In this document: positions 50,020-59,015 of the stretch, piece after piece | Position numbering within the stretch: the first letter of the stretch is position 1 | Layout: every line of letters begins with the position of its first letter | Assembly: GCA_041661645.1 (NCBI GenBank) | Contig: JBAZUA010000001.1 | Location: forward strand, 192,189 to 256,188 | DNA length: 64,000 bases | Reading direction: 5' to 3' | Source: Minisyncoccota bacterium | Lineage (GTDB): Bacteria > Patescibacteriota > Minisyncoccia > Phycocordibacterales > UBA6065 | Program-made: the position numbers and the translations under genes | The notes under the pieces: generated by a model | What the model saw: only the letters and a program-made list of their open reading frames with translations | Databases searched by the model: none | What the model was told of the DNA's origin: nothing

Positions 50020-51273
50020 ATGACTGACGCACACATCAAAAAGAATGGGTCGCAAAAGGCAAAAAAACTCGAGCATCCAGCATACGTCTCGTACGAACAC
50101 CTTGACTCCGCAAGCGAGGTTGGCCTCTTCTATGGCTTTACCCCGCTCGCACTGCCCCACATGACAAACCATGATAGCACCGAGGCGAAGGCCATATCCG
50201 AAGGCGATGTCATCATCGACCATGACAATCACGAGGAGGGCGCCACCATCAGGCTCGAGGAGAAGATCGCCCTGCTTCACCTCTATGAGCGGGAGAAGAT
50301 GGCAAGCCTCTCGCAGCCAATCATGCTCTCCTACAAGAAACCGTTCGTGGGCGACAGGCGCAAGGCGAACCCAAAGGAATCGCATCACGGCCTCGAAATC
50401 ATCGGTTCCTCGAAATCCATCGCCGAGGCGATACTGCTCCAGGCATCGCTCGCCATTCTCTCCGACGCCGGCGAGACTGATCTGCACGTCGAGATAAACT
50501 CGATCGGCGACAAGGAATCCCTCAGCCGCTTCACCCGAGAGCTCACCGCATACTATCGCAAGCACATGAGCGAGCTCTCCGCCGACTGCAAGCAGCATTT
50601 CAAGAAGAACGTCTTCAGCATGCTCGCCTGCGACGACGACACCTGCAAGAAGCTATCCATCGAGTGCCCGAAGTCGATCAACTTCCTCTCCGAAAAGTCA
50701 CGCGTGCACTTCAAGGAGGTGCTCGAGTACCTCGAGGCCCTCGACGTCCCCTACATCATAAACAATGGCTTGGTGGCCAACCGAGACTATTGCGGCGAGA
50801 CCATATTCGAGATACGCGGGTCCGACCCCAAGGGCCATCCCAAGGCCATAGGCATTCGCTATGACACCCTGGCCAAGCGCCTCGGGCACAAGAAGGAAAT
50901 TCCGGCCGTGGGAGTGACCATCGCCGTGAGCAAGAAGGCCATCAAGAGCGACGCTGTCAAGACAAGCACCGTCCGGGATATTCTGAATCCACAGATCGTC
51001 TTCATGCAGCTCGGCTTCGAGGCAAAGCTCAAGAGCCTCCGCCTCATCGAGGCGCTCCGCCAGGCGAGGATCCCCGTCATGCAATCGCTCGCCAAGGACA
51101 AGATGGCCGGACAGGTTGGCATGGCCGAAAAGACCCAGGCTCCCATCGTCGTCATCATGGGCAAGAAGGAGGCCATGGAGGACAGCGTCATCGTCCGCGA
51201 GACGTCGACCAGGTCACAAGACACGGTCAGGCTCGGGGACGTGGTGGCAAGGCTGAGGAAATACAAAGTGTAG
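50020..51273 (+). CDS. Divergent histidyl-tRNA synthetase-like protein
   Basis: GLEIIG, EINSIG, F..VLEYL..L..PY, RYD.L, C-terminal anticodon-binding domain; motifs 2 and 3 degenerate. Confidence 0.8.
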   Translation: MTDAHIKKNGSQKAKKLEHPAYVSYEHLDSASEVGLFYGFTPLALPHMTNHDSTEAKAISEGDVIIDHDNHEEGATIRLEEKIALLHLYEREKMASLSQPIMLSYKKPFVGDRRKANPKESHHGLEIIGSSKSIAEAILLQASLAILSDAGETDLHVEINSIGDKESLSRFTRELTAYYRKHMSELSADCKQHFKKNVFSMLACDDDTCKKLSIECPKSINFLSEKSRVHFKEVLEYLEALDVPYIINNGLVANRDYCGETIFEIRGSDPKGHPKAIGIRYDTLAKRLGHKKEIPAVGVTIAVSKKAIKSDAVKTSTVRDILNPQIVFMQLGFEAKLKSLRLIEALRQARIPVMQSLAKDKMAGQVGMAEKTQAPIVVIMGKKEAMEDSVIVRETSTRSQDTVRLGDVVARLRKYKV

Positions 51274-51337
51274 GCAGAGGATACGAACAAAAAACCGCCC
51301 CGGGGCGGTTTTTTGTTCTATGACAGGGACCGCTTCC

Positions 51338-51463
51338 CTACCTCCTCATGAGCGCGTTCGCCAGGGCATTAAGGAGCGTGATGAACGTGCTGAAGAAACC
51401 GGACACGAGGGCAATCCTGACCGGCCTATCCTGGTGCCACCTCTTGTGATGATGCGTGCTCAT
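51338..51463 (-). CDS. Putative 41-aa membrane peptide
   Basis: MSTHHHKRWHQDRPVRIALVSGFFSTFITLLNALANALMRR; below the ORF-track cutoff. Confidence 0.4.
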   Translation of the reverse strand: MSTHHHKRWHQDRPVRIALVSGFFSTFITLLNALANALMRR

Positions 51464-51578
51464 ATGTATATATCAAAAATGATACCCTCTATTGTACCCT
51501 CGAACGGCCAGACAATCAAAGGCCCCAAAAACAAAAAATGGCCGACGCTTACGCGACGGCCATTTGAAATCTACGAGG

Positions 51579-52178
51579 CTACGATGAACGGGCCAGAACA
51601 AGCCAGGTCATCCCCGCGAGCAGGGCGGCAGTGACCCCAAGAGTCCACCAGGCGCCCTTGTCCCGCAGATAGTCCCGATCGGACGAATCCACGGCGACAA
51701 GTCCCCACTTGATGAGGAGACCCATCACCATATGGGTTCCAAACACCATGTGAAGCATCAGCGCGGCCGACACTGGCACAATGAACGATGCCAAGATGCC
51801 GTGAGGCAGACGGAAATACAGGAGCCCGATCGCGGCAAGCGACGGAATCATGTATCCCAGATGGATCCACCCCGCGAGCGTCTGATGCCCGCCTGACGTA
51901 TGGGAGCTCGGGGTCGGATCCTTTGCCCACATCCAGGCCATGCCGCAGCTGACGATAGCCGAGACAGTCAGGGCGACCGACCACTCGTTCACGGACCATG
52001 CGCCCCCGAACCTCTGGGCGACAAGCCCAAGCAAGGGAGAGACGATGAGAAAGTCACCCCACATGCCGCCATGCTTGAGGAAATTCCTCGCGAAACCCCT
52101 CCGTGCCGCCGCCCAGTATTGCGACAGAACGATGGACATGCTGACCAGACAGACGATAATTCCGATGTAACGGTTCAC
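51579..52178 (-). CDS. Multi-TM hypothetical protein
   Basis: About 6 TMs, AGGAGG RBS, HGGMWGDF motif. Confidence 0.75.
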   Translation of the reverse strand: MNRYIGIIVCLVSMSIVLSQYWAAARRGFARNFLKHGGMWGDFLIVSPLLGLVAQRFGGAWSVNEWSVALTVSAIVSCGMAWMWAKDPTPSSHTSGGHQTLAGWIHLGYMIPSLAAIGLLYFRLPHGILASFIVPVSAALMLHMVFGTHMVMGLLIKWGLVAVDSSDRDYLRDKGAWWTLGVTAALLAGMTWLVLARSS

Positions 52179-52331
52179 GATGGAACCTCCTTTTGTTGAG
52201 TTGGGTGAATCAAAGAGCTGATTCTATTCTATAGATTATACTCTTATTTTTAGCAAAAGTCAACCGTCTCGTCCCTCCCTCTTTATTTTTACTTTATGAG
52301 CTTTTCGAGGCACCCGTTTTATACTGTCCGC

Positions 52332-52775
52332 ATGTCGAGAGACAATCTCATCCCCAACGACCAGTTTGCGACGAAAAACGATGTTGAGATCATCGTAACG
52401 AAAGTCGTTGCCGCGGCACTGGATGAGGCCGTCCCACGGATAATCCAAACGGTATGCCGAATCGTCGACGAAAAGATAGACTCAAAGATAGACGCTTTCG
52501 CCATCATGGTCGGACGCGGGTTCGCCGACACGCAGGCCCAGATAAACGATATCCGGCAAGGCGTGACTGATGTTAAAAGCAGTTTGGGCAAAGTCGAATC
52601 GAGACTCAGCAAGGTGGAATCAAAGCTCGACGGCGTAGAATCAAGGTTGGGTGAAGTTGAATCAAGACTCGGTTATGTAGAAAACGAGGTGGGCTCACTC
52701 AAAGCCATTGTCAGGAGCAACTGGCAGAATCACGAAATCCGCATCGTCAAACTCGAGGAAAGGCTGGTATCTTGA
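52332..52775 (+). CDS. Coiled-coil heptad-repeat protein, paralogue of 45131-45547
   Basis: ATKNDV..IDAFAIM, (VESRLxx) repeats, VRSNWQNHEIRIVKLEER. Confidence 0.8.
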   Translation: MSRDNLIPNDQFATKNDVEIIVTKVVAAALDEAVPRIIQTVCRIVDEKIDSKIDAFAIMVGRGFADTQAQINDIRQGVTDVKSSLGKVESRLSKVESKLDGVESRLGEVESRLGYVENEVGSLKAIVRSNWQNHEIRIVKLEERLVS

Positions 52776-52808
52776 GTTTTTTAGGCCCCTATGATACTCT
52801 GTCCGTCT

Positions 52809-53057
52809 ATGGCAACAAATGTAGAAGTAACCAAAAACGGCAGCGAGAACCCCCTTAGCCTCTTGAGGCGCTTCACCAAGCGCGTTCAGGGATCAGGCAT
52901 CCTTCCCCGCGTTCGCGGAGACAGGTACCACACCCGAACCCTTTCCTCGTACAAAAGGAAGATGAAGACCCTCGCAGGCATCACGAGACGAGAGGACCTC
53001 GCGGAGCAGATCAAGCTCGGAAAGATCGCCCCTCAGGAGCCTCGACGCGGACGATAA
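52809..53057 (+). CDS. rpsU: 30S ribosomal protein bS21-like
   Basis: VEV.K...E...SLLRRFTKRVQ.SGIL. Confidence 0.75.
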   Translation: MATNVEVTKNGSENPLSLLRRFTKRVQGSGILPRVRGDRYHTRTLSSYKRKMKTLAGITRREDLAEQIKLGKIAPQEPRRGR

Positions 53058-53061
53058 CCCT

Positions 53062-53445
53062 ATGACGAGGGAATTCTCTCTCTCGAACAAGACAAAAGGC
53101 AAGCTTCCCCGCTTGCCTTTTGCTCGTATGAAGGACGCGGTGCTCGGGGCCGACTATGACCTCTCGCTCGTCTTCGTCGGCGATGCCGCCGCGAGAAGGC
53201 TCAACATGGAACACCGTGGCGCCGATTACGTCCCAAACGTGCTCGCCTTCGAGCTCGACGACAAGAGCGGCGAGATCTTCATCAACCCCATCGAGGCCAA
53301 GAGGCAGGCACCCGACTTTGGCAGAACCCATTTCAATTTCATCGCATTTCTATACGTCCACGCACTGTGCCATTTGAAAGGAATGGAACACGGTAGTAGA
53401 ATGGAGAGAACAGAGGCTGATTTCCGAAAGAAATTCGGAATCTAG
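53062..53445 (+). CDS. ybeY: rRNA maturation RNase YbeY
   Basis: LN...RG.DY.PNVLAF, GEIFI, H.LCHLKG.EH. Confidence 0.9.
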   Translation: MTREFSLSNKTKGKLPRLPFARMKDAVLGADYDLSLVFVGDAAARRLNMEHRGADYVPNVLAFELDDKSGEIFINPIEAKRQAPDFGRTHFNFIAFLYVHALCHLKGMEHGSRMERTEADFRKKFGI

Positions 53446-53472
53446 CGCCTCGGTTTCCTCACACTACTTTTC

Positions 53473-54627
53473 ATGCGCACAAAAATAGCAGCCGGCATAG
53501 ACATCGGCACCCATGAGGTCAAGATAATCCTGACAGAGACTCGTCCCGAGGGTGAGCGAGCCACGCCAAAGATCGTCGGCGCCGCATCGGCCGAGTCAAA
53601 GGGAATCCGCCACGGATATATCGTCAATCCGGGAGAGGCGGCCGAGAGCGTCATTCAGGCGGTTGCCGCCGTGGAGAAGGCCTCGGGCATAAAGGTGAAG
53701 AAAGCCGTCATATCCATAAGCGGCATCAGCCTCTCGAGCATGGTGGGGACGGGGTCCGTGTCCATATCCCGCGGCGACTCGGAAGTGACCGAGATGGACA
53801 TCGACAAGGCCTCGGCGGTTGCGGAAAAGAACATCCCAGCCTCCGCCCTCCTGAACAGGCGCATCGTCCACACCGTCCCCCTCTCATACAAGATAGACGG
53901 CAAGCCTGTCTTCGGAAGGCCGCGCGGCATGAAGGGAAACAAGCTCGAGGTTCGAGCGCTCTTCGTCACCTGCCTCTCGCAGCATCTCGACGACCTCGTC
54001 GAGACCATAACCGAGGCGGGCATAGAGGTCATAGACATCGTCGCCTCCCCCGTCGCCGCCGCCCTCGTCGCCCTTTCGAAGAATCAGAAGGTAGCGGGCT
54101 GTGTCCTCGCCAATATCGGCGCCGAAACCCTTTCCATAGTGGTATATGAAAACAACCTGCCCATCTCACTCGAGGTGTTCCCCCTCGGCTCGACCGACAT
54201 CACGAACGATATCGCCCTCGGACTGAAGATACCGATAGAAGAAGCCGAATCGCTCAAGCGTGGCGGCACCCCCGCCCACGTTCAGTTCTCGAAAAAGAAA
54301 TTGGACGAGATAGTCAGTGCGCGACTCTATGACATGTTCGACCTCATCGAGGCCCACCTGAAAAAAATAGACAAGAATGGGCTTTTGCCCGCCGGCATCA
54401 TACTGATCGGCGGCGGAGCGGGAATTCCGCTCATAGACGAGCTCGCCAAGGACTCTCTCAGGATTCCTGCGCGCATCATCAGCCACAAGGAGGCGCCCTA
54501 TTCCGTGGCTTACGGCCTTTCGATGCTCGCCTTGAACGGCGACGAGACGGGAGCGACTGGGACGGCCCCAAAAAATAGCCCTATTGTCGAAAACAGCCTC
54601 AAGTGGCTCAAACAGTTTCTACCATAA
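53473..54627 (+). CDS. ftsA: Cell division protein FtsA
   Basis: GIDIGT, G.RHG.IVN, NIGA.T, ITNDIA, AE.LK, LPAGIIL.GGG. Confidence 0.96.
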   Translation: MRTKIAAGIDIGTHEVKIILTETRPEGERATPKIVGAASAESKGIRHGYIVNPGEAAESVIQAVAAVEKASGIKVKKAVISISGISLSSMVGTGSVSISRGDSEVTEMDIDKASAVAEKNIPASALLNRRIVHTVPLSYKIDGKPVFGRPRGMKGNKLEVRALFVTCLSQHLDDLVETITEAGIEVIDIVASPVAAALVALSKNQKVAGCVLANIGAETLSIVVYENNLPISLEVFPLGSTDITNDIALGLKIPIEEAESLKRGGTPAHVQFSKKKLDEIVSARLYDMFDLIEAHLKKIDKNGLLPAGIILIGGGAGIPLIDELAKDSLRIPARIISHKEAPYSVAYGLSMLALNGDETGATGTAPKNSPIVENSLKWLKQFLP

Positions 54628-54701
54628 AAACGTGTTGTCATTTCAGGGGCTTTTGGTATTATGTACCCACTTTAACAAGCAGGCCTTATCCGTAAACCAC
54701 C

Positions 54702-55898
54702 ATGCCACACATCATTCCTGAAGTAGAGACATTCGCCCGAATAAAGGTTGTAGGCGCAGGCGGTTCCGGAAAGAACACGCTTAACCACATGATCAACTCC
54801 AAGGTAAAGGGAGTCGACTTCATCGCGGTCAACACCGACGCGCAGGACCTCCATCACTCTCTCGCAAAGAAGAAGATACACGTCGGCAAGAATCTCACCA
54901 AGGGACTCGGCACCGGAATGAACCCTGATCTCGGACGACGAGCCGTCGAGGAGACAAAGGAAGAGCTTCAGGAGGCTCTCAAGGGCGCGGACATGGTGTT
55001 CGTCGCCGGAGGAATGGGCGGAGGCACCGGATCGGGCGCCGCGCCAGTCATCGCCAAGACCGCCAAGGAACTCGGCGCCCTCACCGTCGCCGTCGTCACC
55101 AAGCCCTTCTTCTTCGAGGGCATACAGCGCATGCGACTCGCCGACCAGGCACTCGAAAGCCTTCGCAAGGAGGTTGATGCGATCATCGTCATCCCTAACG
55201 ACAGGCTCCTCGCCAACATCGACCGCAACACCACCGCAAAGGCGGCCTTCGCCATGTGCGACGAGGTGCTCAAACAGGCCGTAGAGGGAATCTCAGACCT
55301 CATCACGACCCCCGGCATCATAAACATCGACTTCGCCGACATCAGGTCAATCATGGAAAACACCGGCACCGCCCTCATGGGCATCGGAACAGGATCTGGC
55401 GAGAAGCGATCGGAGGACGCCGCCAAGATGGCGATTAGCTCCCCTCTCCTCGACGTATCAATCGCCGGCGCCAAGGGCGTACTCTTCTCCATCGCAGGAG
55501 GCGACGACCTCACCATGTTCGAGATACAGGATGCAGCCAAGGTCATCACCGAGTCCATCGACCCTAACGCAAAGGTCATATTCGGAACTGTCCGCGACGA
55601 GAAGCTCAAGAAGGGCGAGGTTAAGGTGACCGTCATCGCCTCCGGCTTCGGCGACGCCCCGGCCGTGGCACCCGTCGTGCGCAGCAAGTCCCTCTTCTCG
55701 TCTTCCGTTCCCCTCGAGCACAAGGACGAGCCGAAGGGAAAGATCCACAATACCGTCACACCTCCGCCAGCTCCAGCCAAGGAAGAGAGGGCCGAACCAA
55801 AGACGGTCATCGAGGACAAAAAGGCGGCCATTCCTACCATCGAGTCAGAGGATGACGATTGGGGTGCGGTGCCGGCGTTTCTCAGACGAAAAAAATAG
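54702..55898 (+). CDS. ftsZ: Cell division protein FtsZ
   Basis: GGGTGSG, NTDAQ, NIDFAD, C-terminal VPAFLR. Confidence 0.98.
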   Translation: MPHIIPEVETFARIKVVGAGGSGKNTLNHMINSKVKGVDFIAVNTDAQDLHHSLAKKKIHVGKNLTKGLGTGMNPDLGRRAVEETKEELQEALKGADMVFVAGGMGGGTGSGAAPVIAKTAKELGALTVAVVTKPFFFEGIQRMRLADQALESLRKEVDAIIVIPNDRLLANIDRNTTAKAAFAMCDEVLKQAVEGISDLITTPGIINIDFADIRSIMENTGTALMGIGTGSGEKRSEDAAKMAISSPLLDVSIAGAKGVLFSIAGGDDLTMFEIQDAAKVITESIDPNAKVIFGTVRDEKLKKGEVKVTVIASGFGDAPAVAPVVRSKSLFSSSVPLEHKDEPKGKIHNTVTPPPAPAKEERAEPKTVIEDKKAAIPTIESEDDDWGAVPAFLRRKK

Positions 55899-56000
55899 TT
55901 TGCATAAAAAAGGTGCCGTAAGGCACCTTTTGTTTTGGAAAGAAAAAGCCCCCGCGCGATGACTCGTGTCGGGGGCTTCGTATCATCAAAAGGACTGAAA

Positions 56001-56627
56001 TCACTGCTTTCGGGCAGCCGCCAGGCCGATATCGTCACTCACATAATTACCACGCCAGGCGTTGATGCGGAAACCTTCGGCACCAAAACGTCCGACAAGG
56101 ACGCGAAATCCCTGCGAATCTAGATCGGCGCAACGAACACAGACACTCTCGAAAAGACGCTCTCCCGATTTAAGGAAGTGGCCGATCGCGGAATAAACCA
56201 CAATCCGAGCACTCGGCGTGTCCTCGTCCTTCGAGAGAACTGCCGACTGCTCTTCCCACTTCTTCGACATCGAGCCGGCGACAGGAAGCTTTCTGAACAG
56301 CCACCAGCCAACCTCGCCCCTGTCATTGACGAACGGCTCTGCATCATACCAGTCGCGTGGATAAAACAGGGTTTGATCGGGCAGATTGGCATACAACCTC
56401 TTGATATCAATGATGGACATCGGAAATACCGCAACAAGAAGGTGTGTGTCCTTGCACTCCATCAGGGTCTCTTCCGAAAACGGAACCTTGGAAAGGAATT
56501 CAAACTGCTCCTCCGTGGGAACCACAAAGAAGTGACTGACCGCCTCATCCATCCCAAAGAAGTTCTTGCCCATGATTTCACGGGCGCGAGCCTCGGTAAC
56601 TGGTCCTGATTTTGCTTTAGTAATCAT
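56001..56627 (-). CDS. Hypothetical protein resembling CPR DGR target (CLec-like) proteins
   Basis: AREIMGKNFFG N-terminus; C-terminus GERLFE...D.DS.G.RV.VG.F...G..I........IGLAAARK. Confidence 0.6.
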   Translation of the reverse strand: MITKAKSGPVTEARAREIMGKNFFGMDEAVSHFFVVPTEEQFEFLSKVPFSEETLMECKDTHLLVAVFPMSIIDIKRLYANLPDQTLFYPRDWYDAEPFVNDRGEVGWWLFRKLPVAGSMSKKWEEQSAVLSKDEDTPSARIVVYSAIGHFLKSGERLFESVCVRCADLDSQGFRVLVGRFGAEGFRINAWRGNYVSDDIGLAAARKQ

Positions 56628-56820
56628 ACTTGAGTTGAGTTAGCGTGAGAAAGTATGCGAAGACGACGTGTTTTCGTATCTTTTCTCCAATAACCCAACA
56701 TCTCTCAAAGAGCCAGCTTCCTCTGGTTTATACACTCCAGAACACATAAAGTCAATAATTACACAGCTCTGCAGAAATCCCCCACCCTGCTATAATTACC
56801 TGACTAACTTTTCCATCAAC

Positions 56821-57741
56821 ATGTACGACCTAGCAATCATCGGCGGCGGGCCAGCGGGAGTGGCGGCGGGGGTATACGCCTCGAGGAAGCGTATCAAGAC
56901 CATCTTCATCACCAAAGACTGGAACAGCCAATCCACGGTATCGGAAGGCATCGAGAACTGGATAGGCACAGTGAAGATTTCCGGCGCGGACTTCGCAAAG
57001 AACATGGAAGCACACCTTCGCGCATACGCATCTGACGTCGTCGACATCAAGACAGGAGTCCTGTGCCAGAAGGTCACAAAAACCGACCAAGGATTCGAGG
57101 TAGCGACCGATGGCGGCACGTACTCGGCAAAGACCGTCCTCATCGCCACCGGCAGCCACAGGCGCAAGCTCGAGGTCCCCGGTGGCGACACGTACGAGCA
57201 CAAGGGCATCACCTACTGCGCCTCGTGCGACGGGCCGATGTTCACGGACCGGGACGTGGTGGTCATCGGCGGCGGAAACGCCGCGTTCGAGAGCGCTTCC
57301 CAGCTCCTCGCCTACTGCAAGTCAGTCACCCTCCTCAACCGCAGCGACGAGTTCAAGGCCGACCCCATCACCGTCAAGAAGGTCCTCTCAAACCCAAAGG
57401 TGCGCGCGATAAAGGGCGCGATACCGACCGAGGTAAAGGGGGACAAATTCGCCAAGTCAATCTCATACAGGGACAAGGCCACCGGCGAGATCACCGAGCT
57501 CCCCACCACGGGAATATTCGTCGAGATCGGATCGATACCGACGACGGAGTTCGCGAAGGACGTCGTGACCGTCGACCCCTACGGTCGCATCGTCGTGGAC
57601 CCTCGCACCCAGGCGGCATCGACCGCCGGAGTCTGGGCCGCAGGGGACTGCACCGACGGAATCTATCACCAGAACAACATCGCGGCGGGAGACGCCGTGA
57701 AGGCGCTCGAGGACATCTACATATATCTGAACGCGAAATAA
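56821..57741 (+). CDS. trxB: Thioredoxin reductase-like FAD oxidoreductase
   Basis: IIGGGPAG, YCASCDG, VIGGGNAA, AAGDCT. Confidence 0.9.
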   Translation: MYDLAIIGGGPAGVAAGVYASRKRIKTIFITKDWNSQSTVSEGIENWIGTVKISGADFAKNMEAHLRAYASDVVDIKTGVLCQKVTKTDQGFEVATDGGTYSAKTVLIATGSHRRKLEVPGGDTYEHKGITYCASCDGPMFTDRDVVVIGGGNAAFESASQLLAYCKSVTLLNRSDEFKADPITVKKVLSNPKVRAIKGAIPTEVKGDKFAKSISYRDKATGEITELPTTGIFVEIGSIPTTEFAKDVVTVDPYGRIVVDPRTQAASTAGVWAAGDCTDGIYHQNNIAAGDAVKALEDIYIYLNAK

Positions 57742-57759
57742 ACGACTTAGAGAATCAGG

Positions 57760-57967
57760 CTAACGATATAATTGGGAATGGGTGCCGGTGTCCATGAAAA
57801 TCACAGCGACATCACAATCCTCAAATATCGCCCTATAATCTCCCGTTATATTAGTACTCCTGCAATTCCTAAGCGCTCCGCCCAACGAGTGATTGTTCAG
57901 AATGGGGTATGTTTTCCGGAAGCTTCTTGAAAGCCTTCTCAAAGCGTTTCTTGTAGCGAATAACCAT
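57760..57967 (-). pseudogene. RelE/YafQ-family toxin with internal deletion and frameshift
   Basis: Frame 1 MVIRYKKRFEKAFKKLPEN, other frame PILNNHSL.G...RS.NITGDYRAIF...GTHSQLY. Confidence 0.8.
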
Positions 57968-57978
57968 GAGCCATAAAA

Positions 57979-58257
57979 TTAAAGGCCCTTGAGATAGGCT
58001 ATCGCATCTTTTGCGTTTTCAAAGACCGGTGAGAGGCCCTTCCCTTTCTTGGTTTCCCCTATATCCCGAATGAGTGACCTTCGAGTCCTTGGATTCAAAT
58101 CATCCTTTCGAGAAAGCCTGACATCGAGATCGCCTTCGACGAACGCCCTGGTGGCGAGCTTTAGAATGGACGCAAAAGGGACGCCCTCGTTACGAGCCTT
58201 CTTCATGGCCTTCTCCTTAAGCTTGCTGTCTATGTTAAAAACTACCTGTGTATTCAT
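57979..58257 (-). CDS. RelB/DinJ-like antitoxin
   Basis: RHH-like N-terminus; LSPVF.NAKDAIAYL; directly upstream of the toxin remnant. Confidence 0.8.
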   Translation of the reverse strand: MNTQVVFNIDSKLKEKAMKKARNEGVPFASILKLATRAFVEGDLDVRLSRKDDLNPRTRRSLIRDIGETKKGKGLSPVFENAKDAIAYLKGL

Positions 58258-58312
58258 ATATATATCTTAGCTATATATAAGCTATATGTCAACCACCATG
58301 CGGGCACTGGGG

Positions 58313-58993
58313 TTAATCCCTCTGATCGCTGACTATCTTCCCATCATCGAGGCGCACCACGCGCTTGGCCATCTTGGCGTACTCCTCCTCGTGCGTGACC
58401 ATGATGATAGTCTGCCCCTGCTCGTATATCTCCCTGAAGAGGGCCATGACGGTGCGGGATGATTCGTTGTCGAGGTTTGCGGTCGGCTCGTCGGCAAAGA
58501 GCACGCGGGGCTTGTGTGCGAGGGCGCGGGCCACGGACACGCGCTGTTGCTCGCCTCCCGAGAGCTGGCTTGGCAGGTTTCCGACTCGATTGCCGAGGCC
58601 GACGCGAACAAGAGACTCGGTCGCCTCCCGATACGCCTCGGCCTTGGACTTGCCCTGCATCATGAGCGGCAGCGCCACGTTCTCGACGGCGGTGAGGTCG
58701 GGCAGGAGCGCATAGTCCTGGAAGACATAGCCGAGCTGATTGAGGCGAAAGACGGTCTTCTGCTCGGCGGTCATGTTGTGCGTGTCCTTGCCGAAGACGA
58801 ATATCTCGCCCGACGTCGGCTCGTCGAGGAGCGAGAGCTGGTAGAGGAAGGTCGACTTGCCAGCGCCCGATCGCCCGACAATGGCGATGAACTCCCTCTC
58901 GTCCACCGAGAAGTCGATGCCCTTCAGCACATGGGTCTGCTTGTCCCCGTCCGTGAAGGTCTTCCTGAGATTTTTTACTTCGATGAGTTTCAT
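58313..58993 (-). CDS. ABC transporter ATPase (LolD/MacB type)
   Basis: GRSGAGKST, LSGGEQQRV, ADEPT.NLD, VTH. Confidence 0.95.
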   Translation of the reverse strand: MKLIEVKNLRKTFTDGDKQTHVLKGIDFSVDEREFIAIVGRSGAGKSTFLYQLSLLDEPTSGEIFVFGKDTHNMTAEQKTVFRLNQLGYVFQDYALLPDLTAVENVALPLMMQGKSKAEAYREATESLVRVGLGNRVGNLPSQLSGGEQQRVSVARALAHKPRVLFADEPTANLDNESSRTVMALFREIYEQGQTIIMVTHEEEYAKMAKRVVRLDDGKIVSDQRD

Positions 58994-59015
58994 AAGATGT
59001 GTTTGTTTAGGCGGC

